64,000 nucleotides of DNA from Dicyema japonicum (Eukaryota > Animalia > Dicyemida). The DNA lies in contig RDEW01000030.1 of the NCBI GenBank assembly GCA_011109175.1, positions 366,094-430,093 on the forward strand, read 5' to 3'. Below the pieces are notes generated by a model that saw only the letters and a program-made list of their open reading frames with translations, made no database searches and was not told the origin of the DNA. A program made the translations under genes and the position numbers. Positions 38,938 to 52,477 of the stretch are shown here, one piece after another. Each line of letters starts with the position of its first letter. Positions within the stretch are counted from its first letter, which is position 1.

Positions 38938-40960
38938 TTAGGTGGTGACGTCCCTCTTGAAAGTTAAGTCTGAAAAACACGAAAATTGCAATCTAAAGGA
39001 CTTCTTTCTTTTAACGTTCAATGTCAGAGAACTCTCTAGTGCATGGAAAAGAAAAGAATTTTGTGAAGACCTTTTAAAATATAAGATATCAATCGGATGT
39101 CTCCAAGAGACAAAAATATTCTCTGGGGGATCAAAACATTACGGACTAGGATTCGCTGTAAGAATGGACCTACTGGACTATCAATGAAGGATTGTGATTC
39201 TACAAATAACATTGGACGATCATAACTCTCCGAAGAGTTATCTTACTATTATTAACGCATATGCTCCACATAGTTGATGGATCAATAAGAAACCCGAGGA
39301 GATTGACGACTCTTATGCGAATCTGTCTGATGTTTATTCTAATTATGAAAATTACACATTAATATTGATTGCCGGTGATCTTAATGCAAAAGTTGGAAAT
39401 CGAATCACTATAGAAGAATCATTCATTGGAAGACATGGAAGGGGGAAAAGGAACGTTGCAGGAACCTTGTTTGCCACCTTTTGTCAAGCAAATAACCTAT
39501 TATTTTGTAACACGGTCTTTATGCACTCGGCAAGACACAAGACAATTTGGTCAGGCAATAGAACGAAGTCTGACGAAAGCATTGTGAAAATCTACAATCA
39601 AATAGACTACATTATTTCCAGACAAAAATACCGCAGTATTGTCACTGATGCCCGTGCTTATGGAGGGTCTGTAATTGATAGCGATCACAAGATGGTTATT
39701 GCCAAAATGTCCTTAAAGAAACTTATGGGTTTGCAAGGGATGAAAAGAAAGTGCAATGGACACACGGAACTGCGGGGGAAGGGATACGTTATAGACCATC
39801 TAAAGAACAATACTATCCAGGGAGAGGAATTCAGAAAATACCTGGATGAGGGATTGGAAGAAATATCAGTAGATTTGGCACCACAAATCGCGTGGACCTT
39901 GGTCAAACAGAAGATCATGAATGCTGCAGATATATATCTAAAAGAGGACTACGTAACTAATACACCCACTGAAAAAACAACCGCTTTGAAACTCTTTGCA
40001 AATCAACAAAAGGCGATATGGATACAATGTCTAAATACAGATGACAAAAATACGAAACAGCGGCTACAAAAGGAAAGAACAGTCATCAAAAAGAAAATAA
40101 GAAAAGCTGCACGTCGGATATTAAAGAACGAAACAATAACAAAAATAGAGAAAATCGAAGGCCATAAAGACAATGCGAAGTTTTATGAAGCTGTCGGACA
40201 AATCTGAAAACTACCAAAGAAAACACTGACTTTACGAGATGGAGAAGGAAAACATATTGCTAACCAACAAGAAATTACAGAATTTATAGCGGATTATTTT
40301 GAAGCACTATTCGTATCAAAAAATAGCAATAAACTCACCATTAACACCGATCAGATAAATTTAGACGAAGAATTAACTTTGGAAGAAATGATGACAGCAA
40401 GTTTCAAACTGAAAGACAATAAGAGTCCCGGCTCAGATGGCTTAAATGGTGAATTTTTTAAATATGGAACGCAAAAACTATACAAGATAAATGCCTGGAT
40501 TTTAAACGAAACGTACCGTAAAGAAGCCACCTTGCCACTTGGAGAAGGACTATTGATACCAGTACAGAAGCCAAACAAAAAAGCGGGGAAAGTTGAGAAC
40601 CTAAGACCAGTGGTCTTAACCAACACATTGCGGAAGATACTAGCCAATATTACGCTTCAAAGAATGGAGGGACACCTAGACTCGTACCTGTCGGCTTATC
40701 AAAGTGGCTTCCGCAAAGGGAGATTAACGTCAGATGTTATATGGAGCTACAAATGGAGAAGTGCAACTGTTCAAAAATTTAAAATAACAGGACTGGGAAA
40801 GCTTTATCGAAGGACATTTGAAACGACAATTGGTACCCTTCAAGGAGAGCCTTTATCCCCGACTTTGTTTATTATTTATTTGGAGGCAGCTACGAGACTT
40901 GAAGCCTCATATCGGAGAAGGAACGACCATAATAGCATATACGGATGACGTGGACTTAAT
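38938..40960 (+). mobile_element. RTE LINE, 3'-truncated at YxDD
   Basis: LTFNVR, CLQETK, AGDLNAKVG, NQIDYI, DSDHKMV, KSPGSDG, LRPVVL, QSGFRKG, GTLQGEPLSPTLF, YTDDV. Confidence 0.9.
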
Positions 40961-40964
40961 TCTA

Positions 40965-41650
40965 ATTTCAGGTATATTTTTGATTTAGTTGATCTACGAC
41001 ACTATTCAAATTTCAATGAAGATTTTTGCTGGCTTTTGGTTGGGTTGGATTCCTTTTTTAAATTTTGCTGGACAAGACCTCTAAAGAGTAAATCGGCTAC
41101 GGAGGTGTCAAGTGCAATAAAAAGCATAATTTTAATGTTTGGAAAACCAACCATTTTGCACACAGACAATGCCATGGGTGCAGGGACAAGTAGAGCGTCT
41201 GAATCAGACATTGAAGTTCATGATTTCTTCTACGTGCTTTTCAAAGAATTTGAATTTCAGATGGATCGATATCATCGAAGAAATTACAAGTTCGTATAAT
41301 TCTGTCCAGCATTCGACCACTTTGCACTCTCCATTCGAATTGATGTTTGGAGCTTCTGCCGATGACACCGTTAATAATCATTACTCAGAAAACGAAATGA
41401 ATGAAATATTCCACCAAATTGATTCGTGGAATGAAGAAACACATACAGAAGCAACTGAATATCTTGCATGGTTTTGGTCATCAAATGAAACTACGAGAAC
41501 GAAAGTAATTTCGAATTCAAACAATGCTGAAAGAAAAATGTTAGGAAAAAGAACGTGGAAGAATGATATTTTCATTTTTAACATAGGCGATCGAAGTTGT
41601 TAGAAGAATCTATCTTGATAATAATAAAAAACACGAAAAAGTTGCTTAAA
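40965..41650 (+). mobile_element. Ginger/KRBA2-like integrase remnant, second copy
   Basis: DLVDL..DSFFKFCWTRPLKSK, PTILHTDN, QGQVERLNQTLK, YNSVQHST..SPFELMFG. Confidence 0.8.
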
Positions 41651-42114
41651 GTTCTTAAGTTTTCAGCTTTGCATTAGAGTTAGGAAAACTTAGGGATATA
41701 TTAGAGTTATACAACGAACAGAACTTAAGAAAACTAACAATTTGACGAGACACAGCTGAAACACACAATTTGAATTGAAGTAGCAAAAATCACCAATGTA
41801 ACTAAGAGAAAAAGTATCTATGAAGTCAGTTGTGTCGAACTCATTTCCATTTGAGGGCCGCATTGACAAGCTGATAATCGGCTCGATATACTGGTTGTAG
41901 AGATGCTCCATGCCAAGTCGAAAGATCTTCTGTAATGTCCAAGGAGGACCTTCACGAAGTTTCTTTGAGAAGAAGATGGCATGTTATTTAATGCGCCCCG
42001 AAAATCATCAGGAAAAGTCATTTAGTAACGTTTTTTTGTTTAGTAGAAATTTTAATTCAATGAAATTTATATCATCAAAAATTAAAATAATGTAAATTAT
42101 AATTTGTTAATGTT

Positions 42115-45100
42115 GTGGATAATTTGACTAGTTTAAAGCAAACTTTGTTCTTAAAAGTCGCAAATGTTTTACAATACTATGACCAATACGGATCCTTTAT
42201 AGAGGCGGTGAATGAGACCTGCCCCTTTGGTTATGACAATCATCATTTCAGGACAATCTCAACCAAGCCGTCTGAGATTGTCCTCAGGAACCTCCCCTTC
42301 TGGGTAAAGGAAAACGACCTCTTGGACTAGTTCAGGAGATCGCTCCCTCAGTCACGAAGGTTACCCGAAGGACCAGAGGATTGCAGGCCATGCCATTGAC
42401 GAAGGCCACGATCAATATGAAGTCGGAGGCTACATCACTAATTCGATGTGGCTTCTACATCGGGACGAACAAGATTTCTTGTGAATGGATGCGAAGAGGA
42501 CCACCAATCTGCTACAGCTGTCAGCAAATCGGCCACTTTGCATACCAGTGCACGGGAAGGAAAAAATGCTTCCGTTGCGCGGGAGAACACGACACCACCA
42601 AGTGCGATGCGGATCCAACCCTTGAAGGAAAATGTGTTAACTGCGGGTCAACAAGACACGGCGCAAGATACGAAGGATGCCCTGTATTCATGGAGGCCAG
42701 ACGAAAGTTAAACTCCCGAATCGACAACAGGGAACAGAAACAGAAGGATGTTATTACTAAGAAATTGGAACTGCCAGGCCAAAAAAGGGTAATTAGCCCA
42801 AGAACTAATAAGTACGAAGCTGCACCTCTTCCATGAGAGTCGACCTGGCTACCAAAGGAAAAGTTATCAGGGAGTAAGTATTACAAGAGAACTAAAGGAA
42901 ATAGTATCAAGACTGAAGGAACTAAGTAACATACTCGAGGTGGATTTACGCAATATGGTGGACCTGGCCATGGAGAGCCCGGGCCACCAACAAGAAATTG
43001 AAAAGAAACTTAAAGATAGTGCTAGTGAACGCCCGATCCCTAAAGAAGAGGCGTCATGACCTGGCACTACTACTATCGTCCACCAAGATTGACATCCTGG
43101 TGGTCAATTAAACCAAAGTGAAAAAGACTAACAACACAATGCTAGAGGGATACAATTCTATAGAAATTCCATGGGTCGAAGGTGCAGAAGCTGGTACTGG
43201 AACCACATTGTTCTACAGCGAAGTTCTACAGATACGTGAGCCAAAAACTATTATGAATACACACTGTGAATTTGTTTTCGTTGGGAAAAGATGCGAAGAG
43301 GACCGTCATTCCGCTGCAGCTGTCAGCAAAGAAAAGGATCGATGGGATCTAACGATAGAAGGTAAATAAATGGAGTGTGGATGCATCGGAAGTGTCCAGG
43401 CCGCATAGGCGGACACGTTTAAATATCCTTAAAATAACTCCTTACTTACTGTGGAATAAATTTGGTTTATTGGTATTGGACGATGACCATATACCACAAG
43501 AGATGTTATTGAACCTAGCTCCAGACTCCATGGACTCTGTTTACAGGTCGACCTAACAGGAGAAAACTGGGAACACTACTTAAGTTACATATCAAGAAAC
43601 CTCAAAAACTGGAAGGATGGACCTTATTCCCGAAATGATATTGACAACATAGACAGAGGCCTCTCAATTATGATGGAGAGATACTTATCACTTTACGCAA
43701 GGAGGAGAACTTCAAAGACCAATCATGGGAAGAGTATCCATCAATTTCTCCCCTCATACATTATCTATGATTAATGAAAGAAACCGCATAAGGAACAAAC
43801 TCAGAAGATGTGTTGACTGGATGGACCGGATTGCACTGACCGACTATCTAAAAATAATCAGAAAAATCATTGAAGAAGGAACAAACTGTCCAAAGAACAA
43901 CATTTGAGGAACGAGGCAAGCAAACTAAATACAAAAGACCCTCGTTCTGAAAGTTCTACAGAAGATTAACTGGCAGAACATGAAGGATACAGAAATCTCT
44001 TTGACCAAACCAGAAGGAGGATCAAAACCTATTGAAGAAGCTCCAGTTATCTTTAAGAAGCAACTGGAGCATATCCAGGGCGTCAACCCAATGGAGCTAA
44101 TCCCAGGGGAAAAGTTGAAAGCTACAGAAGACTTCCTAACGTACTCTCTGGATGATCTTAATGATACCGAAATGGAGATAACGACATAGGACGTTATAAA
44201 TGCGATCAGAACATGAAAGGCCAACGCCCTGGACATGATCATATAAGTATGAGATTGTTCAAGGAAGAGCCGGATGATCTGCTGCTTGTGCTGAGGAATC
44301 TATTTAACGCGAGTATTACTCATGGATATGTCCCAATACGATGGAAATGTTCTATTATCAGAATGGTACTCAAACCGGGAAAGTCGGGAGGAACCCTCTC
44401 AACTATAGACCGATCAGTCTCATTTGCTCCATTTCCAAGATTGCTGAGCTAATTATCTTCAAGAGGCTGAACAAGCACATAGAAGAGAGTTGTTTCCTCC
44501 TCGCGGAACAATGGGGCTTCAGACATGGAAAATCCTGTACGGACTGCATCTACCAGATGCACTCGACGGTATTGAGAGGTCTGGAATTCAAGAGACAAGT
44601 CAACCTAGTATGTCTGGATCTGTCTAAAGCTTTTGATAGCGTGTGGCATGAAGCCCTCCTATCAAGGTTAGCAGCTGCGAATATCCATAAGAAACACTTC
44701 ATATGGATAAAGAACTTTTAACGGAACGAACTTCCCGAATACGTGTCGGACCATATATATCAAAAGATACTTCATTGAAGAGGGGAGTTCCACAGGGCTC
44801 TATCTTGAGCCCGCTGATGTTCAATATATTTTTGTTAGACTTCCCCGTTCTACCAGATATGAACACCAAGATGTTGATATAAGCGGATGACATTCTAATC
44901 ATAGATACTTCTGGAAAATCCACTTTATCGGAAAATAGAATCAGGCTATTCGTTGATCAGGACTGGTGCTCCAAGAGAGGGATGACACTCTCTACCGAGA
45001 AATCGAGCCATATGAGAGTCAGTCGCTACGGAGGCATCGTGTACAGCCTTATTCACTTGGCATCCCAAAAGTGAATTCACTTCGCTGCCTCGGGATAGCC

Positions 45101-45555
45101 ATCGATGGAGAAGGTTCCTTCATGAAAGATATCAGACGAAGAAGGAAAAAAGCGCTACAAGCGCTTTTTCTGTACAAAAGCTATCCGTAAGCTTGGAGAC
45201 CTTCTGTTTGTTTTCACGAGAGTTATTCTGCCGGAACTATTGTATGGATGCGAAGCATGGTTTTTCTCACGCCATAGAGATAGAATTATACTACTTATGG
45301 AAAAATCAAGAAGGTCAGCAATAAAGCTGGCCTTGGGGAAAAAACTATTCAACACCCTCAGTATAGAAGAAGATAAAATTCTTACTCCGGTGAGATAATT
45401 GTGGAGAAGAGGATCGATGGGATCACCGATAGGATAAAAGAAATGGAGATGAAACGTCGGAAGAGTCCAGGCCGCATAGGCAGACTTGCATAAACCTCTT
45501 AATTAACTCCTATAATTCGCTTGAATAAAGTTTGGGTTGGGGGACGATTGCCATT
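42115..45555 (+). mobile_element. Jockey/I/R1-like LINE complex: gag-like ORF1 plus a decayed ORF2
   Basis: Three knuckles CYSCQQIGHFAYQC, CFRCAGEHDTTKC, CVNCGSTRHGA..GC; RT RPGHDHI, YRPISL, QWGFRHG, LDLSKAFDSVWH, GVPQGSILSP. Confidence 0.9.
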
Positions 45556-45649
45556 TTGTTTGATTGGCTTTTTAAATCGGTACATTTAATATCGATATTT
45601 AACGGCTCGTATTCAACCGTATCTCATTCTGAACCGGTCACATTTATTA

Positions 45650-45920
45650 ACCACAAACTTACAATCTTTGGTAAGTCTAGCACAAACATTCACAACTAAT
45701 TAATCTAAGGAAGGAACCAAAGGGAGAACGTCTGCTTGTACCAACCAAATCCATCCTCAAATAGTCCATTAGATGCTTCCGCTTCATATGAGAGGTAGAA
45801 AACTTCTATTTTCGACACACATCTACCGTCGCGGAGATCACTTCATTCATAGGCGGAAGAGTTTTCATAATGGTAATCTTCACTAGTGGATTTGTCAGAG
45901 AAGGTAGGACACCATTAAGG
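45650..45920 (-). mobile_element. SINE family 2 copy, 5'-truncated
   Basis: Reverse complement aligns with 7750-8010 and 27720-27960. Confidence 0.75.
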
Positions 45921-48034
45921 TATCTATAATAATAAAGACAAAAAAGTCAAAACAAAATAATCTTAAAAGGTCAATTGATGTTTTATGTAAATATTTAATT
46001 TTTTTTTAAAAACAGGTTTAAGGAATTTCTTTCAAAACCCTCATAGTTTTTGAGGTTGTCGGTCTCTTAGATCAACAAAACCCATCAGTTCAGCCATCGT
46101 TGACTTTGTGTGAGACTGCAATCAGAGTTAGGCTTATGAGCTAAATTATATAATTTTCTATAATTAAACACGTGACCTAATTAATACTCAATAACCTTAA
46201 ACCGCCCTGAAGTAAATGGAGGATGACTGCATTAATATGGGAACACTGACTTATTTCTTGATGTGGTACTTGGCACGTTCAGTTCTACTGTTATTTTTTA
46301 ATTTCTTTTTATTATTTCGTCAAGTTCTTCTATGTTCCCTGGATTGAACTCTTCTCTCAAATTGAAAAAAAAACCATAAAAATATTTTGGAAGGAAGACC
46401 CCGCTTTTGGCAGCGATTGGAATGATCAAATGTCCGTCTGTACAACAAAACACATTATTGTTGTTTTATGTCACTAATTTTTTCATCGATCCACAAATTA
46501 TGCAACATGTCTACAGTATTGACGGCCTTTAGTAAAGGCACGGTGCCTGTTAAGTCATCTATTTTCAGGGATGATAATTTTTTTGCAAACTTTGGCTTTT
46601 TCGTAGTTTGATGATGTAGTCGAATGATTTCATTTTATCAGTCACTATCTAATTGATTTAAAATTTACAAAAAAATGTGTAAATTAAGAAATAGTTTTTT
46701 CTCTTTAAGTTGATAAGAGAATATGAGATCTCGATGAGCTGTCGTTCGTCGTATCCGAACAATTCAGGGTTACTTCCGTCTGTGAGGCAAAACAGACTCA
46801 TCAGGTATTTGACTAAAGATTTGAATTCATGTGGATTTGAGCATAAGGATATACAAATAGTATCTCCCATCTTAACCCAAAGTCGAAATCTCAAAAATTC
46901 TGGAGATCCATCAAATATGTTCAGGTCAGTCAGACTGATTCCGGCTCCTCTCATGGTGGAAGGCTTGATAAAAACAACCAAACTAAAGACGGACAAACGA
47001 CTTGATGACCATTATTGCAATATCAGTAACATTCCAATGTCAAAGATATTCAACCTAAGAGAGTCCAATCACCACAAGGTAAGAGGGGTTACATCCAAGT
47101 TTCCATAACTCTAATCCATGACTTGATCCAAAATGCGAGTAACTCTCCTGCCAAAACCCCGATGGCCTATGTATCTCCACTTGAACACCTCGGACCTAAC
47201 GGACTCCATGCTCTCAAGGCCATTTATGAATCAACTCATGGTTTATTCCCATGTTATGAAAGAAATCCATAATTATACCCGTACTCAAAACAACAAGGAT
47301 TCCTGTCTAGTGCCAACCAGTACAAAAATGGTAATTTATTTAACTCTGGGAAACATCGAGAAAGAAGGTAATAGTAACCGAACCAGTTGGGTGATCCCGT
47401 TTCATTATATCGCCTTGACATTTTTATCCTGTAGTCATCGAGGGACCCATCGCTTTTTAAGAATGTCTGTGCTTGTGCATACATAATAGTCAACGGGGAC
47501 GGATGTCTGAGGAAGGGCTGACTATTCTGACACCAAAGAACATATTTGATAATTCACGACAGAATCGAGAGAATTCACAACCATTAATTCGCATCGACCA
47601 CTTCGACGGGAGAATGTCAAGGGTATGGTTCGTTCGATGCCATAAATGTAGTCTTTGTGTAACAAGCTGATTTTGTCAAACGTCGACGCAGAGTGCGAAT
47701 CACAAGGCGCCACATGCATATCTGATCGTAAAAATATGGTTTGTATATTTTTTTATCAAAAGTTTTTAATTTTCTAAAATGAAATAATCAGAAATTCAAT
47801 ATTGTCAGGTCTAAAAAAATTAACTAATTTAAATTGCCGCGTAATTTCAAAGACAAGCCAAATAGACCAGTTATTCAGAGGCAATTGGTTGGATAGTTAA
47901 GGTGGTGACGTACCTCTACTGAACGAAATGTCTACTTCGCTTTATAAAAAATTGTTGTGGAGTTCGCTAAGCTCAGAACCATCTAGCTCCTGTGGAAGGC
48001 TTACACTGGACGGTTGCTTCTGTCATTATTATTT

Positions 48035-48545
48035 ATTTATTATTATTATTATTATTAGCACTTTCACGAGAGCCATAATATTTATAGCCCCGCATGTGCA
48101 GCAAAAAATATAAGAGAATTAGTTAGGTTGCTCCAAGCTCTTCTGTTCTTTGCTAGGTCCCTCAGTGAGTCCAGATCGTCACCAGATGCCAATGTTTTCT
48201 TCACGGCTTTCAGATCGTGTTTTAGAACGACCGGGAGGGCAGTTCTCGGTCTTCCACGAAAGCGTTTTACATTGGAGGAGTAGTAATCTTTCATTGCGAT
48301 ATTCGGAGGGGATATCGAGTCCAACCTCAGGACGTGTCAAAAAAGTCTCCAACGAGCGCTAATGATCTCGTGGCTTAATGGTATACAGTCACACTTATTG
48401 TACTGTCCATTCCGCGAGATCTTGGATGGCCAGGACATTCCAGTTATGTTTCTTAGATGATTCCTGTGAAATGAGTCTAGCCTCTCCAATTCCTCTTTAG
48501 AGGTGGCCCAGTTGCTTCTGTCACTGCCAGCTAATTCCAATGGAG
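48035..48545 (-). mobile_element. RTE LINE 3' fragment with (TAA)n tail
   Basis: LDSFHRNHLRNITG, RWRLF, FRGRPRTALPVVL; the 3' end is shared with SINE family 1. Confidence 0.85.
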
Positions 48546-48852
48546 AAAGCTCAATTTTATTTTTTGATTCATAAAAATATGTTTTGTTCCCGTCAGCTTA
48601 GTATTTTATCACATATACATAGAGCTACTTTTTTAAAGAGACACACAAACTTAGTATTTTATTATATCCCCGTTCTCTTTTTAGAAACCTAGGAGACACC
48701 GGAAGCTCTATGTTCCTAACAAAGGAAACAAATGTCGTAAGCATGAGGTATCCGGATTGAACCTCTCTTCGGCCCTAAATTGAAGGAACTTGGAACCATC
48801 TTCCACAAGTTGGACGTAACAACAAAACAAAATAAAATTTGTAAATTAAAAA

Positions 48853-49480
48853 CTACAAGTCAACTGGATGAAGACGTCTTTTCTTCCTTCTGTAATAAAG
48901 GGAGATAACAGGAATTATCAACAAGATAAAAATCGTCCAGTTCCTACTCAAGGGGTACGAACTTCCTAAGGGAGGAATCCAATACCCGTGATGGATTGCG
49001 TCAATTGTATGATGGGAGAACCAAGCAACTGAAAAGATGGCTGGGAAATCGTTAAATAGTTTAATAAGGTAGAAAACTAGGAACACAAATATAGTTGTTA
49101 AGGCCAACAAGGACGTATTATGCAAAAATGGCCTTTTTTGGAAAGACAGAATATTCTAATCGGTTAACAAAAAAATGAACCTTTAGATCAAAAGTAAATG
49201 CCTCAATAAAGTGATCGACGTCTACTAAGGAGGAGAGAATCCCACATATTAAACTCTGGCCAATCGCACGTCGACAAAGTGAGCCTTTAACAAAAAACCA
49301 GGAGAAAAATGCGATTGAAAAATGAAGGGTCGTATCAACCAAACAACGTAATATTAAAGATGTAATAATAAATTGCGCATTTTCGAGTTCTCCGTTGAGA
49401 ATAATAATAATAAACATTATTAAAATTATTATTATTCTACTGCTGCACAATAATGTATTGAATATATTTAAATTATTCAT
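48853..49480 (-). CDS. TMEM267: Transmembrane protein 267-like, 2 exons
   Basis: VDTTLH, SLVDVDHF, a 25-nt intron, then KRPFLHN, AWFSHHTIDAIHHGYWIPPLG; start ATG inferred. Confidence 0.88.
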
Positions 49481-49677
49481 TTTGAATATTTTTGGTGCTG
49501 AAATTCCGTCCATGTGCCAGTAATTTTGGTTATTCGTTCTAAACTGGCAATATTTTGCAACCAAAAATGACAACTTGTAAGTTTTAAAATATTTATTATA
49601 AATTTTATTATTTAAAAATAAAATTTTAATTTTTTTAATTTTATAAAATAAGGTAGCTTGGTGGTTAGGATGATAAA

Positions 49678-50150
49678 TTAAGGTAGTTTATGATTTTCAT
49701 ACTTTGTTCCCTTTATCTTCCTTCGATATTCTAGAGTGGAAATGTGGCAACCACCCGCCTCAAATGGCACGCAGTTACAGCTCGGTATCAAAAAGGACCA
49801 TTCGCTCTTCTCTATGTGGTTTCCTCTGACAATAAGTATCGAGATATGCTCTCGAAGCCATCCAGTCTCATGTAGATCCTTGATGACCCTTTGGACCATC
49901 GAGCCTATCCGACGAACTATGTCGTCCGTTTGTGACGTCTCAACAGCAAAAGGGACACACAAATGATCCTCCGAAATACTTGGCACTTTCTTCTCTTCTG
50001 ATCCTCAGCTTACTTATAAACATGGCGTGGGTCCTAGACCGAAGCGGCCAAATTTTTCGCGTGACACGTTAGGTCCCAAACCAGGTTCCGACCATTAGCG
50101 AATGGGAAAGTCGTCATCCAATCGGAGCATTTGCCATTGCCCCTCAATGA
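49678..50150 (-). mobile_element. CRE-like 3' fragment
   Basis: CVPFAVETS...WLREHISILIVRGN. Confidence 0.7.
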
Positions 50151-50349
50151 CTTTTGAAGATTATTTTGGTCCTTTTTGATTTTTAGATACCATAATGGTC
50201 AAGATTTCATCTCACTAACAATTGTATCTATGTCCTTTTGGTTATAAAACTACATGTTTAAATGTCCCCTGAGTCCAGAATTTTGTTCACCCATACGAGA
50301 AGAAAAATGAAGAGATCGTCTCCTTAAAAATTGTAAAAATGATATAGTT

Positions 50350-50560
50350 AATCAGGAACAAGTACAATATCTCATAGAAGTATTAAATTCAATTTCTGCA
50401 GAAAATCCTGATTCTTAAAAAGAGGCACCGATTATCATGATGAGAAACTTGCAGCCACCAAAATTATTAATTGTTTACTCGATTTATGCATCACTTAATA
50501 GAAGCTACCATATTAAACAGGGTCATCAAAAAGAGGAGACGTGTTCACCAAGAAGATTTC
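50350..50560 (+). mobile_element. Helitron PIF1-like helicase remnant
   Basis: VQYLIEVLNSI...IMMRNLQPPKL..RGDVF resembles YPxEFLNSL...MLLRNLNPPKLCNGTRL..GEDV. Confidence 0.55.
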
Positions 50561-51706
50561 TAATACATCTGTAGTACTCTGGAACTTATTTATTAGATTT
50601 AGATTTTAGACAAAAAAACTTCTGAATTTGATCCACCGAAGTAACAAGGGGATGAATGAGTCGCAAGATTTTGAAATATAAAGGTAATTTCTCATGAAAT
50701 AATTTTCTAAAAAGGAGATAAGTCATTGCTATTTGCCATCCTATCAGCAGTGTAGTCCACTTTTTTTTAAAGACTTCTAGATTCGCGAAGATCTATTTCT
50801 CGACTTCTGACATTAATATAAAAAATCAAAATTTCGACCTCTTCTAACTTGAGGACCTGCCCTTTTAATCCTTAACCTTGAATTGATCCCAAAAATCTCA
50901 ATTTAAAAAAAATCACAAAATTTTCATTTCAACGAAATTTTAAGGAATTAAATTTTTTGATTTTTTCTAACTTGAGACCGGTTCCTTGTGATCTCTAATC
51001 CGTCCTTGGTGTCATAGAATCATTTTACCTCATTTTGGGCCCATTTATGAAAAAATTCCTAATCTCTTGAAATTCAGTGTCAATTGTATCTCTTCTTTTG
51101 GTTATACAACCACGGCTTAAATGTTCTAACTCCAGAATTTTGTTCACGCATAAGAGAAGGATGTAGAGGCTGTCTTCTCATGAAACGATATAGACTTACG
51201 TTTCCACCTTAATTTTCAGATCAATTAGACACGTGGCTGACTCGTAAGTGTTGAAAACCTAACATCGGAAGATAAATTATTTCCTTTTAAGCATCTTGTA
51301 TTTTTGTAGATGACAGTTAAGTAAGGATTCGAGAATTTTGACATTTGAGAGGGAAATTGCTGGTCTGTTTCTGTTAACTGAAGAGTTCAAGGATGTAGCA
51401 ATTTGGATAGCTTAGTAATTTATTTAATTTTTCAAAATAGAAAATATTATGCACGTTTTTCTTTAATATTTGATTGAACTCAATCCAGAGGAGTTCCCTC
51501 TTCCTTCAAGTACTGAGGGAGGCCGCGATCACCTGAATTTTTTCATTCCGGTTATGGCGGTTTTTTTGTTCAATAAACTACTTTGTCAGTAATAGAGTGA
51601 TATGGTCATTTTTAGCAATCTGATGCAACGTTCGGTTCACTCGTACTCTCTATTTTGTTTACCCCAGGTTACCTAGTTATAAGGAAAAAAAGCTCAAGAG
51701 ACCGAC

Positions 51707-51934
51707 ATGGGGGAAATCCTATCCAACGTGGACGAGAATCCTGGGTTGCTCTCGTACTCTGTATGTGAAATTAATCAAACAACTTATTTTGTTAAAAATA
51801 AACTTACCTCAGTACACTCAGGGGACCTTCGAGCATTGCAGGCAATTCGAGCAGATTTCCTTTGGAATTCAGAAAAAACAGTTAAAATAATNTCAGAAAA
51901 AGAGTATCTACGCGGTAAGACTGCGGCTCTCTAA
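51707..51934 (+). CDS. Probable Ragulator subunit LAMTOR5 (HBXIP)-like, 75 aa
   Basis: NP-x20-L-x3-H-S-G spacing matches LAMTOR5 NP-x20-L-x3-H-A-G as I recall it; size fits; one ambiguous base at 51892. Confidence 0.5.
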   Translation: MGEILSNVDENPGLLSYSVCEINQTTYFVKNKLTSVHSGDLRALQAIRADFLWNSEKTVKIXSEKEYLRGKTAAL

Positions 51935-52173
51935 CTATTTTTTAAATAAACCGAAATATTATTTTAAAACAGTTAACAATAATTAATTGAAATCCTTAGT
52001 GAAATAGTTGTCTATAATAAAAATGACTGAAATTACAATTTCGCTGAAAACCAGGAAAATCACGTTTTTGTTCGAAAGAATTGAAATAATCAGAAAATTC
52101 ATTTTCAATGTTTGGTTGGGAAGTGTTGGGAAAATTCTAAAAAATTAAAAATAAAAGTTTCTAAATTTAGAGA

Positions 52174-52477
52174 TTAGTAGTTTAGACTTACAATACTAGA
52201 GTTATTCCCTTCCAAACATTTCGAAAGGTTCTCTCTTCCATTCACTCCTTCAAAAAGTGGTTTAAATCTCTCCGTTCTGTAAATGAATGTATTTTTTGTT
52301 GGAGTGTATATAATAAGAGCAACATCACTTCCTGTTAAGATTGATAACTCGTAAGCCTGACATTATTTTTAAAGTTACTTTTTTCATTAATCCTTGCTTT
52401 CTTTTGCTTAGCGTTTGTCTCCTTCTTATGATGTCGTCAATGTATTCTATTTTTATTTTAGACTTTCCGTGAGGCAT
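52174..52477 (-). CDS. SRF-type MADS-box transcription factor; 3' end uncertain
   Basis: MPHGKSKIKIEYIDDIIRRRQTLSKRKQGLMKK|AYELSILTGSDVALII..RFKPLF..NLSKCLE after removing a 22-nt GT-AG intron. Confidence 0.9.

Noticed and set aside
51722-51748. SNVDENPGL as a second 2A peptide
   Set aside because: It lacks the D(V/I)ExNPGP consensus (no final Pro) and is better explained as the NP motif of a LAMTOR5-like protein
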